From: an uncultured Alphaproteobacteria bacterium
Lineage (GTDB): Bacteria; Pseudomonadota; Alphaproteobacteria; UBA7985; CAJQQZ01
Length of the DNA stretch: 64,000 bases
NCBI GenBank assembly: GCA_905480575.1
Contig: CAJQQZ010000046.1
Location: 556 to 64,555, forward strand
Direction of reading: 5' to 3'
The position numbers and the translations under genes are program-made. Positions 30,515-40,761 of the stretch are shown one piece after another (the first letter of the stretch is position 1; every line of letters starts with the position of its first letter). Below the pieces are notes generated by a model that saw only the letters and a list, made by a program, of their open reading frames with translations, was not told where the DNA came from and did no database searches.

Positions 30515-31617
30515 GACTCAGTTCAATCTCGACGATCTTAGTTTGGTATATTGTAAAGACCTATCTGGTTTGGTTCATCGGCATTACCACAACGATAATT
30601 TCTGTCATTTTCCTCGCTGATTTCGTCGACATGCTTCGCCGCGTTGCCAACGTCGAAGGAATAACTTTTAGTATCGCTGCACAGTTAGTAGCGCTTCGGC
30701 TACCCTACTTCGCACAAGAGCTAATACCGATTATGGTTCTTTTTGCATCCATGGGTGCCCTCTGGGCTTTGACAAGAAAACAAGAGCTTATCGTCGCTCG
30801 TGCAGCCGGAGTATCAGTTTGGCAATTTTTGTTCCCAATCATTCTAACTGCTATTGCATTGGGCGTTGTCTTTGTGACCCTGTACAACCCCATAGCTTCC
30901 AAGCTGTATTTCAGTTATTTGCACCTAGAGCATAAATACTTTGGCAAAAACAATGACCTGATTTCGATCGCCGGTAAGGGAACCGTTTGGATCAAACACG
31001 AAGATCATTCCGGCTACATAATCGCAAAAGGCCAACCTACAGGCGACTCGACAAAAATCTTACAAAATGCCATCGTCCTGCACTTCGATTCACGTGATAA
31101 TTTGCTGGAACGTTTCGATGCGGAGCAAATAATTTTCGAATCGGGACGCATCCGGATTCTATCCAGTTGGCACTCTAAGGCTACGACTCCACCAATATTT
31201 GTCGATAAAAGTGAACTTTTTTATCATGTTAGTGTCAGTGACGTTGCCAGCGCTATTCAAACAGCTGACTCCATAAGTCTTTGGGAATTGCCTGACTACA
31301 TCAAGTATCTCAAGCAATCAAAACTACCATATAGAGACCATGAGCTGCGATTCCACCATCTTTTGTCGCTTCCGATTCTGTTGGCTGTCATGATTTTTTT
31401 GAGCGCTGTTTTTTCCCTCCGACTGCCTCGTAAAGGAGGAACAGGGACTCTGATCGCCAGTGGAGCCGCAATAACCTTGATTATTTTCTTTTTTTCAGAT
31501 GTAATGAAGGCGATTAGCTTAAATGGGACTCTGCCTGTATTTCTAGGCGTTTGGGGGCCCATAGCGATAGTATTTTGTTTCTCGCTAGCTGTACTTTTAA
31601 AGACTGAGGATGGTTAA
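30511..31617 (+). CDS. lptG: LPS export ABC transporter permease
   Basis: Start set at ATG 30511 (MRLSSISTILVWYIVKTYL), overlapping the lptF stop. YjgP/YjgQ family. Confidence 0.85.
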   Translation: MRLSSISTILVWYIVKTYLVWFIGITTTIISVIFLADFVDMLRRVANVEGITFSIAAQLVALRLPYFAQELIPIMVLFASMGALWALTRKQELIVARAAGVSVWQFLFPIILTAIALGVVFVTLYNPIASKLYFSYLHLEHKYFGKNNDLISIAGKGTVWIKHEDHSGYIIAKGQPTGDSTKILQNAIVLHFDSRDNLLERFDAEQIIFESGRIRILSSWHSKATTPPIFVDKSELFYHVSVSDVASAIQTADSISLWELPDYIKYLKQSKLPYRDHELRFHHLLSLPILLAVMIFLSAVFSLRLPRKGGTGTLIASGAAITLIIFFFSDVMKAISLNGTLPVFLGVWGPIAIVFCFSLAVLLKTEDG

Positions 31618-31667
31618 CCACAACCGTCCTATATTTTACAAGGGTCCCGTATTTTCGGGTTTATTGA

Positions 31668-34025
31668 ATGATCCAACTTTTCAATTGGAATCGTCAGGTC
31701 TCCGTTTTTAACAAGGCCAGTACCCGCAAAGCTTTCAAACAAGCTTTGACTGGTGGTTTTCTTGCTTCTGTCGTTGTTCTTGGTTTCACAGCGATTGACA
31801 CTCGCCCAGTGTTTGCACAAGCAGACTTCAGCAATATCACAAGCAACATCAAACTTTCTGACGAAAAAGCTTTCTTAGGCGCCGACGAAGTTTGGTACGA
31901 CCAGAACCGTAGAGTTGTCGGCGCAAAGGGAAAAGTCGAGCTCTTTCAGGGTGACAAAGGCATAACCGCGGACCAAATCGAGTATTACCTCGATGAAGAG
32001 AAGATTATCGCAACTGGCAATGTAACCCTGCTAGAGCCCAGCGGTAACGTCATGTTTGCGGAAGAAATAAACCTCGACCAGGATTTGAAGCGGGGCTATG
32101 TCAAACAGATCGGTATGTTGTTATCCGATGGCACGCGCGCGGCAGCGGCGCATGGCATTCGGCGGTCGGAAACGATCATGGAATTGCAAAAAGCTGTATT
32201 CAGCCCCTGCCCTAACTGTAAAGACGATCCCACCAAACCTCTTTTTTGGGAACTGGGTGCAGACCAAATCATCTTAGACGATGAGCTACAGGAAGTTTTT
32301 TACAAAAACGCCAGATTTAAAATACTTGGCACAACTCTGTTCAAGACACCCTATCTTAGACATGCCGATCCACGCCTGGATCGGAAGTCAGGCTTTCTGC
32401 TACCAACAGCCAAATACAGCTCGGACCTCGGCTTCACGGCCGGGATGCGATACTTCCAGACCTTAGGCACCGGTACCGATATCTTGTTTCAACCAAGTGG
32501 TTACAGCGCGGGTGGTCTGTCACTCGCCGGTACTGCAAGGCATCGATTTGACGATGCCCTGATAGAGGTGTTTGCGCACGGCACATACATCGAACCCGGC
32601 ACTAAGCTCGAAACCAATATCCTGGAAAGCACTCACTCTGAAACGGAGGGGCTACTTCAGGCTAACGGCTGGTGGCATATCAATGATGAATGGCGCGCCA
32701 GTTTCGATGGCTTGGTCACCAGCGACAACCTTTATGCGCAAGATTTGGATATCAACAGCGCGCAAATTTATGAAAACAAGATCTTGCTGGAAGGTTTTCA
32801 TGGCCGCAGTTACACATCTGTCGCGGCTTATGATTATCAATATCTGAGGGACAGCACCACTTTTGACGAAGATACATTCCCCACTGCCTTACCTGAAGCA
32901 TCACATTCTTTCATTTCTCAACCAGGTCAAAATTTTGGTGAAGTTTGGCGGGCCGATCTAGGCAGTCGCTACCTTCACCGTGAAGCAGGTCGCGATTCTT
33001 TCAAATTGTCGGGACGCTTGGGCGTAGAAATTCCGTACCAAACAGAAAGTGGCCACCTCTTCCGATTTGAAGGCAACTTGAGAGGCGACTATTTCGACGT
33101 TGAACAAGTTGATCCGACCTCCAACGATGTCAATCCTTTGCCGCCGACCGCCACATACAGCGGTTCGGTTGATCGCTTTTACCCTGAAGGCAAAGTCGAG
33201 TGGCGCTATCCTCTCATCAAGAAAGGCCCGCAGTACTCTCAAATTTTCGAACCGATTGTCAGCTTCACTGCCACCCCTGATGACATAGATCTAAATGATG
33301 GCCGCATTCCGAATGAAGACAGCTCTAACTTTCAGTTCGACACAACAAATTTATTTGATATCAATCGGTTCGCTGGCACTGACCGTGTTGAACCCGGGCA
33401 AAAAGTCAATTACGGCGTGAACTGGTCTCTTTACGATCAGGGGCAAAAATCTGTCCAGATGTTCGTCGGGCAATCATATCGCCTGAACGATTCAACACTT
33501 TTCGCCACAAATTCTGGTGTTGAAGATCAACTGTCAGATGTCGTTGCTCACTTTCAGTTAAGACAGCAAGAAAGTTGGCCTCTGGGTGGACTTGGAACGA
33601 TTGAAGATGTCAAGTTAGACTACCTCACTCGCTTTGACATCGAAGACGAAAAACTAAGACGTAATGAGGTCTATGTTTCAGGCAAAGTCGCTGATTTCAC
33701 AGCAAGAGCCAGTTACCTTAGTTTCGACCTCGACAACGGTTTCCCGCGCCGCGAACAGGTCTCAGGCACGCTTGCCTACCGAATCGATGACAGCTGGTCA
33801 GTCGGTGGGTATTATTCACGTAATCTTGCAACTGACAAAAGCGTTCTAGCTTCTTCTTACCTCAAATATGTAAATGATTGCTTCTCAATGAAATTTACAG
33901 GCGCGAGAGAGTTTAGCTCCACCGGTAGCAACTTCACTTTTGGTGCTGTCATCTCTTTCACTCATTTGGGTATTTTTGACACCAACGGTAAGGATTTCTC
34001 CTCGATTTTGTCAGAAGACGATTAG
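31668..34025 (+). CDS. lptD: LPS-assembly outer-membrane protein LptD (OstA)
   Basis: 785 aa with a signal peptide, an OstA N-terminal domain and a large C-terminal beta-barrel. Conserved lptD-surA-pdxA-rsmA synteny. Confidence 0.9.
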   Translation: MIQLFNWNRQVSVFNKASTRKAFKQALTGGFLASVVVLGFTAIDTRPVFAQADFSNITSNIKLSDEKAFLGADEVWYDQNRRVVGAKGKVELFQGDKGITADQIEYYLDEEKIIATGNVTLLEPSGNVMFAEEINLDQDLKRGYVKQIGMLLSDGTRAAAAHGIRRSETIMELQKAVFSPCPNCKDDPTKPLFWELGADQIILDDELQEVFYKNARFKILGTTLFKTPYLRHADPRLDRKSGFLLPTAKYSSDLGFTAGMRYFQTLGTGTDILFQPSGYSAGGLSLAGTARHRFDDALIEVFAHGTYIEPGTKLETNILESTHSETEGLLQANGWWHINDEWRASFDGLVTSDNLYAQDLDINSAQIYENKILLEGFHGRSYTSVAAYDYQYLRDSTTFDEDTFPTALPEASHSFISQPGQNFGEVWRADLGSRYLHREAGRDSFKLSGRLGVEIPYQTESGHLFRFEGNLRGDYFDVEQVDPTSNDVNPLPPTATYSGSVDRFYPEGKVEWRYPLIKKGPQYSQIFEPIVSFTATPDDIDLNDGRIPNEDSSNFQFDTTNLFDINRFAGTDRVEPGQKVNYGVNWSLYDQGQKSVQMFVGQSYRLNDSTLFATNSGVEDQLSDVVAHFQLRQQESWPLGGLGTIEDVKLDYLTRFDIEDEKLRRNEVYVSGKVADFTARASYLSFDLDNGFPRREQVSGTLAYRIDDSWSVGGYYSRNLATDKSVLASSYLKYVNDCFSMKFTGAREFSSTGSNFTFGAVISFTHLGIFDTNGKDFSSILSEDD

Positions 34026-34163
34026 GAATAAGTAAAGAACGCCCTCCTTGTTGCCTAAGAGAATTGGTTTCTCATTTTGGCCTAAGTTGATTGTTGTAAT
34101 AGGCTCTGTTAGAGCAGTGAGATAAATCGACCTATCGCTGTTACAAGCGTAAAAGACATCATT

Positions 34164-35444
34164 ATGAGGTTACACCCAATGGCTACTTTGATCTGTAGAG
34201 GAATTCTCAGCGCCTTTTTTTTCATCGTGCTTACTCTTTCTGCTCACGCTCAAACTTTGGCCCGTCCCGTTGCCGTGGTAAATGACTCTATTATCACGCA
34301 ATATGATCTTGATAACCGGATCGCCCTAGCGATCGCAAGCTCTGGTCTGGCCAATGATCCTCAGACTCGCCAGAAGACACAAAAGCAAGTGATGCAATCG
34401 CTGATCAACGAAGTTTTGCAGCTTCAAGAGGCACAGAAAGCCGGGATCAGCATTGGGCCGACAGATGTCGATGCAACCATTGCTAGAATAGCGAAACAGA
34501 ATGGCACTGATCTTCGGCAGTTTTTGCAGCAAATGCGAAATTCGGGTGTTAGTCCTTCGACGCTACGTCAACAAATCAGAGCACAAATGTCCTGGGTGCA
34601 GTTGGTTGGTAGACGGCTTGGCAGTCAAGTTCAGGTTACGGACGAAGAAGTGAACCGAAGCGTCTTGCGCCTCCAGCAAAATAAGGGGCGCACAGAAAGA
34701 TTGCTTGCTGAGATCTTCCTACCCTCTGACCAAAATGGCAGTTTCCAAGCAGCCGAACAAACGATGCAGGTTATTCTGCAAGAACTCAGAAACCGCAAAA
34801 GCTTTGGCGCAATCGCACAGCAATTTAGCCAGTCCGCAACGGCGGCTAAAGGCGGTGATTTGGGTTGGGTTATGGAAGGGCAATTGGCAGCCGATGTCGA
34901 ACGTGCTCTAACCAACAGCCGCAAGGGCACCGTCACCAAACCTATTAAGACACCCAATGGTATCTACATTTACGCCGTCAGGGGAACTAGGCAAATTGGT
35001 GTTGGCCGAACTGTTGAACTGGCCGCCATCAAACAGTTGATCATAGCGATGCCAGCTGACGCCCAGAGCCAAGCTGGGCAACAGGGCCTCGCCAAAGCCT
35101 ATGGTGTTTCTGAATCTGTGAGAAGCTGTGCTGAATTCGATAATGCTATGGCAACTATCGGAGATCAAGGGACAGAAGATCGTGGCATGGTCGAACTCTC
35201 TTCTTTCCCGCCAGACTTAGCCAAATTGCTGTCAGGCCAGCCAATTGGAAAACCCACCCCGCCGATCCCTGCGCCCAATGGAGCTGCAATACTGATCGTT
35301 TGTGACCGACAAACACGCACTGAGAACTCTTCTGTAGAACCCGCGAAAATCAAGCGGCAATTGCAAGAAGAACGTCTTTCTGTGTTGGCACAACGTTTCC
35401 TACGGGATTTACGCCGCAAAGCCTACATCGATCTTAGGATATGA
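34164..35444 (+). CDS. surA: periplasmic chaperone / peptidyl-prolyl isomerase SurA
   Basis: 426 aa with a signal peptide, a SurA N-terminal domain and a parvulin-type PPIase domain (GGDLGW). Confidence 0.85.
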   Translation: MRLHPMATLICRGILSAFFFIVLTLSAHAQTLARPVAVVNDSIITQYDLDNRIALAIASSGLANDPQTRQKTQKQVMQSLINEVLQLQEAQKAGISIGPTDVDATIARIAKQNGTDLRQFLQQMRNSGVSPSTLRQQIRAQMSWVQLVGRRLGSQVQVTDEEVNRSVLRLQQNKGRTERLLAEIFLPSDQNGSFQAAEQTMQVILQELRNRKSFGAIAQQFSQSATAAKGGDLGWVMEGQLAADVERALTNSRKGTVTKPIKTPNGIYIYAVRGTRQIGVGRTVELAAIKQLIIAMPADAQSQAGQQGLAKAYGVSESVRSCAEFDNAMATIGDQGTEDRGMVELSSFPPDLAKLLSGQPIGKPTPPIPAPNGAAILIVCDRQTRTENSSVEPAKIKRQLQEERLSVLAQRFLRDLRRKAYIDLRI

Positions 35445-36445
35445 ATGAAGATCTGAAGCCAGCGGCTCTGACGCTCGGTGACCCAGCGGGGATTGCTGGT
35501 GAAATTACGATCAAGGCTTGGCAGCAGTTAAAAAACAGTGCGAGCCGATTTTTTCTTGTTGGTGATCCAAGCTACATTGAGCAATCGGCTAACTCACTCG
35601 ATTTAGACTGCCCAATTGCAACAATTAGCCATCCATCCCAAACTGGTGCGTGTTTCAGTGAGGCACTACCGATTTTGCCGGTGGAGTTGAACGTTCCTGC
35701 ACGAGCGGGGGTAGGCGACAGTCGTAACAGCGCTGCGATCACCCGATCAATCGAGATCGCTGTTGAGTGCAGCAAGTCTGGTCAGGCGGCGGGCGTGACG
35801 ACCAATCCGATCAACAAAGCTGTTCTTTATGAGGCAGGCTTTCAGCACCCAGGCCACACCGAATACCTCGCCGAGTTAGCTGGGGAAGATTGCACATCTG
35901 TCATGATGTTAGCTTGCGATGCGCTAAAGGTCGTACCACTCACGCTGCACGTGTCTCTCAAACAAGCCATTGAGCAAATCGACCGCCCTCTTCTCATCCA
36001 GGTCATTTCCATTGTTCATCAGGAAATGAAGAACAAGTTTGGCATTGAAAATCCAAGAATTGCTGTGTCTGGATTAAATCCTCACGCCGGAGAACAAGGT
36101 GCAATGGGGCGCGAAGAGATTGAAATCATCCAACCCGTTCTAAATGATTTATCCAACCAGGGGGTTGATGTTATTGGCCCATTGCCAGCCGACACCATGT
36201 TTCACGCTGCTGCTCGAGAAAACTATGACGTCGCGGTTTGCATGACTCACGATCAGGCCTTGATACCCATCAAAACCATTGCCTTTGACGATGGTGTGAA
36301 TGTGACATTGGGGCTGCCCTTTGTTCGAACGTCTCCAGATCACGGCACTGCGTTCAACATCGCGGGCCATGGAATCGCCAAGCCGAACAGTTTAATCGCC
36401 GCTATAAAAATGGCGCACCAGTTGCACCGCGGAACACAAAGCTAA
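35441..36445 (+). CDS. pdxA: 4-hydroxythreonine-4-phosphate dehydrogenase
   Basis: 334 aa of the PdxA family (ALTLGDPAGIAGEI, GLNPHAGE). Confidence 0.9.
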   Translation: MNEDLKPAALTLGDPAGIAGEITIKAWQQLKNSASRFFLVGDPSYIEQSANSLDLDCPIATISHPSQTGACFSEALPILPVELNVPARAGVGDSRNSAAITRSIEIAVECSKSGQAAGVTTNPINKAVLYEAGFQHPGHTEYLAELAGEDCTSVMMLACDALKVVPLTLHVSLKQAIEQIDRPLLIQVISIVHQEMKNKFGIENPRIAVSGLNPHAGEQGAMGREEIEIIQPVLNDLSNQGVDVIGPLPADTMFHAAARENYDVAVCMTHDQALIPIKTIAFDDGVNVTLGLPFVRTSPDHGTAFNIAGHGIAKPNSLIAAIKMAHQLHRGTQS

Positions 36446-37299
36446 TGAGCACTGACTTCCCTGATCTTCCGCCTTTGAAAGATGTCATTCGCGAGCACGG
36501 CCTCCTCGCCAAGAAGAGCCTTGGTCAAAACTTCCTGATGAACCCATCCGTGACCGACTACATTGCTGGTTCGGCTGGAGATCTGACGAAGGGAACCGTG
36601 GTTGAAGTTGGGCCAGGACCCGGTGGCCTCACCCGCAGCCTGTTACGAGCGGGCGCTAACAATCTGGTCGCGCTTGAGAAAGATGAGCGCTGCGTCAACG
36701 CCCTTCATCAGCTATCGCTCGCTTTTCCAAACCGACTGACAGTTTTAGAGCAAGATGCACTCACATTCGACTACAGCAGCCTGGGCGATAGCCCTGTCAT
36801 CATCGTGGCTAATCTCCCCTACAATGTCGCTACAACCCTCCTTATTGGATGGCTGAAGCTCATTGCTGACAAAGCTCTGCCCATCCAAAGCATGACGTTG
36901 ATGTTTCAGCGCGAAGTTGGCCAACGAATAACAGCCTCACCCGGCTCGAAAAGTTACGGCCGCTTGTCAGTGTTATGCCAGTGGCTCTGCGATACTTATT
37001 CGGTTTGTGAGCTGCCGCCATCAGCCTTCACACCGCCACCAAAGGTCCATTCGACAGTGGTTGGCTTTAAGCCGTTGGCGGAACCCCGCTTTAACACCAC
37101 CCTCAAGAGCCTTGAAACAGTCACTGCTGCTGCCTTTGGTCAAAGGCGGAAAATGCTTCGCCAGAGCCTTAAAAAGTTAGATGTCGAGTTGGAGACCTTG
37201 TTAGCTGAAGCGCAAATCGCTGGTACCCGCCGTCCTGAGGAACTATCGATACAGGAATTCGGCCAGCTTGCCTCAACCTATGAAAGCTTAGCCGTTTGA
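36445..37299 (+). CDS. rsmA: 16S rRNA (adenine1518/1519-N6)-dimethyltransferase
   Basis: 284 aa with KsgA motifs (KKSLGQNFL, VEVGPGPGGLT, NLPYN). Confidence 0.9.
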   Translation: MSTDFPDLPPLKDVIREHGLLAKKSLGQNFLMNPSVTDYIAGSAGDLTKGTVVEVGPGPGGLTRSLLRAGANNLVALEKDERCVNALHQLSLAFPNRLTVLEQDALTFDYSSLGDSPVIIVANLPYNVATTLLIGWLKLIADKALPIQSMTLMFQREVGQRITASPGSKSYGRLSVLCQWLCDTYSVCELPPSAFTPPPKVHSTVVGFKPLAEPRFNTTLKSLETVTAAAFGQRRKMLRQSLKKLDVELETLLAEAQIAGTRRPEELSIQEFGQLASTYESLAV

Positions 37300-37974
37300 A
37301 TGTGCGGTTGCTTCAGAGCGAAGAGCCGAAACAAAGTCATTGATCCCCGGCTGCCTTTGTCGACGTAAGCGCTCTGCCGTCAAAATCGCTTTTACCGAAG
37401 CAAGTGTTTCCTCAAGATCATCGTTGATGACAACGTAATCATACTCGGCACAGTGGCTCATTTCATCGGAAGCTTTCGCCATCCGGCCAGCAACCACTTC
37501 GTCACTGTCCTGCGCGCGGCTCTTCAATCGCCGTTCCAGTTCTCTTAAGGATGGCGGCAAAATAAACACCCTCACTAGGTCAGATGCCGCTTGCGCCTCA
37601 ACCTGTTGTGTGCCCTGCCAATCAATATCAAACAGGACATCCTTACCACTGGTCAGCTGATCGTTCACCGGCCCCTTTGGGGTTCCATAGTAATTGTCAA
37701 ACACACGCGCATGTTCCAGCAGGTCGTTTGCCGCCTTCATTTCTTCAAATCGAGGGATATCGATGAAATGATAGTCTTTGCCGTCGACTTCGCCAGGTCG
37801 GGGCGGACGCGTCGTTACAGAAACTGATAGGACGACATCATCATCATCTTGTAACAACCGCAGCGAAATCGTTGACTTGCCTGCGCCTGATGGTGACGAT
37901 AAAACAAAGAGCATTCCTCTGCGTTTAATGTCACGACGTAACTCAGAGGGGCGTTTTTGAGGGGCATTACTCAA
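37288..37974 (-). CDS. gmk: guanylate kinase
   Basis: 228 aa with P-loop SSPSGAGKST and the TTRPPR GMP-binding motif. Confidence 0.9.
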   Translation of the reverse strand: MSNAPQKRPSELRRDIKRRGMLFVLSSPSGAGKSTISLRLLQDDDDVVLSVSVTTRPPRPGEVDGKDYHFIDIPRFEEMKAANDLLEHARVFDNYYGTPKGPVNDQLTSGKDVLFDIDWQGTQQVEAQAASDLVRVFILPPSLRELERRLKSRAQDSDEVVAGRMAKASDEMSHCAEYDYVVINDDLEETLASVKAILTAERLRRQRQPGINDFVSALRSEATAHSNG

Positions 37975-38872
37975 TGTTCTGAACCTGCTCTTTAATTTGA
38001 TCGATGACGGCTTTTAGGGCGAGGCCCACTTCTGTCAATTTCTTATCCGCAGCTTTGGAACAAAGCGTGTTCGCTTCTCGGTTAAATTCCTGGCAAAGGA
38101 AATCAAGCTTGCGACCAACAGGATCAGGAGATGCCAACAAGGCGAAACCTGCGGTAATATGACTGCGCAGCCGGTCCAATTCTTCTCTGATGTCCGCCTT
38201 GGTTGCAAGAATTGCGATTTCTTGGGCAATTCTTTCTTCTGGAACAGGTGGCGTCTCTGTCATCAGCTTTGTCAACTGCTGCTCAAATCGCGCGCGCACG
38301 GTTGCAGGTACCGTGTCCGCCAAAGCTTCGGCCTGCTCAACGAGCTCAGAGACTTGAGTGAAAAGACCGCCAAGAACCTGCCCTATTCTTTGCCCCTCGT
38401 CATCCCTAGCCTCTGAAAGAGCTGAGAAGGTGTCATCAAGAGAACTGAGGAGCGATGCCATCGTCTCATCCGTTAACAGATCCGATGGCGCGCTTTGACT
38501 TTCCGCTGATTCAATAACGCCGCGAATTGAAAGCAACGACAATGCCGAGGGGCGGATGCCATCATTCTCTTCACAGAAGTCCTGCAACTGTTGTATTAAA
38601 TCGCGATTAACCGAAAGTGACTGTTCAGTTTCTAGTCTGTCCACAGCTAAAGAGAGTTGAATGTTACCTCGTGAAAAAGCTTTGCTGGCTTTACCTCGAA
38701 TCTCAGCTTCCAATTTTTCGAAACCATTTGGTAACCGAAACCTAACGTCAGCTGATTTACCGTTGACAGACTTGGCTTCCCAAACCCACGACAGTTGTCC
38801 TTCACTGGCTTGATGGCGTGCAAATCCGGTCATCGAAGCTGTTGATATCGTTCGTTCTGTTTTTTCGCTCAT
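37967..38872 (-). CDS. yicC: YicC-family stress-induced protein
   Basis: 301 aa with the YicC N-terminal domain and DUF1732 C-terminal pattern. The yicC-gmk pairing is conserved. Confidence 0.85.
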   Translation of the reverse strand: MSEKTERTISTASMTGFARHQASEGQLSWVWEAKSVNGKSADVRFRLPNGFEKLEAEIRGKASKAFSRGNIQLSLAVDRLETEQSLSVNRDLIQQLQDFCEENDGIRPSALSLLSIRGVIESAESQSAPSDLLTDETMASLLSSLDDTFSALSEARDDEGQRIGQVLGGLFTQVSELVEQAEALADTVPATVRARFEQQLTKLMTETPPVPEERIAQEIAILATKADIREELDRLRSHITAGFALLASPDPVGRKLDFLCQEFNREANTLCSKAADKKLTEVGLALKAVIDQIKEQVQNIE

Positions 38873-38969
38873 GAAAACAATTTAACTCAGTTATCTGGAA
38901 AATGAAAATTCTACAGACGATCATTAGGTAAATTTGTTATCAACGCGGGTGCAATATGGGAACCATTAA

Positions 38970-39734
38970 GTGCTTGAATACAACTCTATCTTTATAACTG
39001 GTGCCTCCAGTGGAATTGGCGCTGCATTAGCGCTGAGTTACGCCAAACCCTCCGTCGCTTTATGGCTGTGCGGACGAGATCTCGTCCGGCTTTCTAGCGT
39101 CGCTGAGGCCTGCAGAGCGCAAGGCGCGGCGGTGGAGACGAAACAAATTGATGTCGCCGTTCAGGCAGACATGGAAAGATGGATAGAGGCTTGCGATGCC
39201 CAGGCCGCGCTTGATCTAGTCATCGCTAATGCAGGTGTGAGCTTAGGCCCCACTGCGAGATCGATTGAAGATCGTGAAAAATTCAACGATCTGCTATCGG
39301 TCAACATCGTTGGTGTTTTAAACACGGTTTATCCGGCATTGGATGTGATGAGCAAACGGCGGCATGGCCAGATTGCCTTGGTTAGTTCGCTCTCAGGCTA
39401 TTTAGGCATGCCAACGGCTCCTGCCTACTCAGCAAGCAAAAACTTCGTTAAGTCATGGGGTACAGCCATCGCACCTCACGCAAAAGCGCAGGGTGTTTCC
39501 GTTTCGGTGATTTGTCCAGGTTTCGTCAAAAGCGGGATCACGGACAAGAACAAATTCCCCATGCCCCTTTTGATAACTGCTGAAAAAGCAGCCAAGATTA
39601 TCACCAGAGGCCTTAGAAAACGCGAGCTGATCATTACGTTTCCATTTCCGCTGAGGCTAATTGTTTGGTTGATATCTATAATGCCGGCTTGGCTAGCGAA
39701 CAAACTAATGGAAGGATTACCGAAGAAAAATTAG
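38970..39734 (+). CDS. SDR-family oxidoreductase
   Basis: 254 aa with TGASSGIG Rossmann motif and a YxxxK (YSASK) active site. Confidence 0.8.
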   Translation: MLEYNSIFITGASSGIGAALALSYAKPSVALWLCGRDLVRLSSVAEACRAQGAAVETKQIDVAVQADMERWIEACDAQAALDLVIANAGVSLGPTARSIEDREKFNDLLSVNIVGVLNTVYPALDVMSKRRHGQIALVSSLSGYLGMPTAPAYSASKNFVKSWGTAIAPHAKAQGVSVSVICPGFVKSGITDKNKFPMPLLITAEKAAKIITRGLRKRELIITFPFPLRLIVWLISIMPAWLANKLMEGLPKKN

Positions 39735-39735
39735 T

Positions 39736-40731
39736 CTAATTGCTCTTCTGGGACTTTCTAAACGCACGCCACTTCTTGACTGCACGGTTATGTTCTTTCA
39801 GGGTTTTGCTGAAAGTATGCCCACCCGTTCCGTTTGCAACGAAGAATATATATTCAGTCTCCGCGGGGTTTAGAACGGCCTTGATCGCCTCAATTCCAGA
39901 ATTGGCAATCGGACCAGGAGGAAGTCCAGCATTCAAATAGCTGTTGTAAGGGTTTGGCTTTTTCAGATCTTTCGTCAACAGTCGACGGCCCAGCGGTCCG
40001 TGCCCGCCGGTAATCCCATAGATCACGGTTGGATCTGCCTGCAAACGCATCCCGATACGCAGACGATTGGTATAAACGGATGCAACGACATCACGCTCAC
40101 TGCCAACCCCAGTCTCTTTCTCGACAATCGATGCTAGAATGAGTGCTTCTTGCTTGGTTTTAATCGGCAGATTTTCAGCACGTGTTTCCCAAAGGGAATC
40201 AATGGTGTCCGACAGGTCTTTTGCCATACGGTCCAGGATCGACTGGCGGGTTGCATTCAATTGAAAATGATAGGTTTCTGCCAGGAGGCTACCTTCTGGA
40301 GGTAGGCGATCGATTTCGCCGGTCAAGCCCTGTGTCGCATTTAAGATCTCAACAACTTCCCATGACGTTCGCCCTTCAGGGATTGTTACTTTACGCGAAA
40401 TGGCTTTGCCTTTAGACAAAATATTGATCGCTTCTTCAGCACTAACCTTTGCTGGGAACAAGAATTCGCCAGCTTTTAGATTTCCACCTACTTGCTTTAT
40501 ACGCACAGCAATTTTGAAGAAATTGGCGTTGTCGATAACGCCTTCTGCCTGGAGCCTTTCCGCGATTCGATCAACATTGGACCCTCTGGCAATAACAACA
40601 GCTTTGTCCTGCTTGAGAGGGCCTTCAGATGCGAACCAAGTCATTGCCCAATCGCTGACACCCGCTACGGCAACAGCGCCGAGAGACAAAAGAACCAACA
40701 AGGTAACGAGTAAGCGTATCACAAGGACCAT
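39736..40731 (-). CDS. mltG: endolytic murein transglycosylase MltG (YceG family)
   Basis: 331 aa with an N-terminal TM anchor and YceG-like domain. Conserved position after fabF. Confidence 0.85.
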   Translation of the reverse strand: MVLVIRLLVTLLVLLSLGAVAVAGVSDWAMTWFASEGPLKQDKAVVIARGSNVDRIAERLQAEGVIDNANFFKIAVRIKQVGGNLKAGEFLFPAKVSAEEAINILSKGKAISRKVTIPEGRTSWEVVEILNATQGLTGEIDRLPPEGSLLAETYHFQLNATRQSILDRMAKDLSDTIDSLWETRAENLPIKTKQEALILASIVEKETGVGSERDVVASVYTNRLRIGMRLQADPTVIYGITGGHGPLGRRLLTKDLKKPNPYNSYLNAGLPPGPIANSGIEAIKAVLNPAETEYIFFVANGTGGHTFSKTLKEHNRAVKKWRAFRKSQKSN

Positions 40732-40761
40732 CGCCTTTCAGATCGCCTTTCCGGCAGTCAG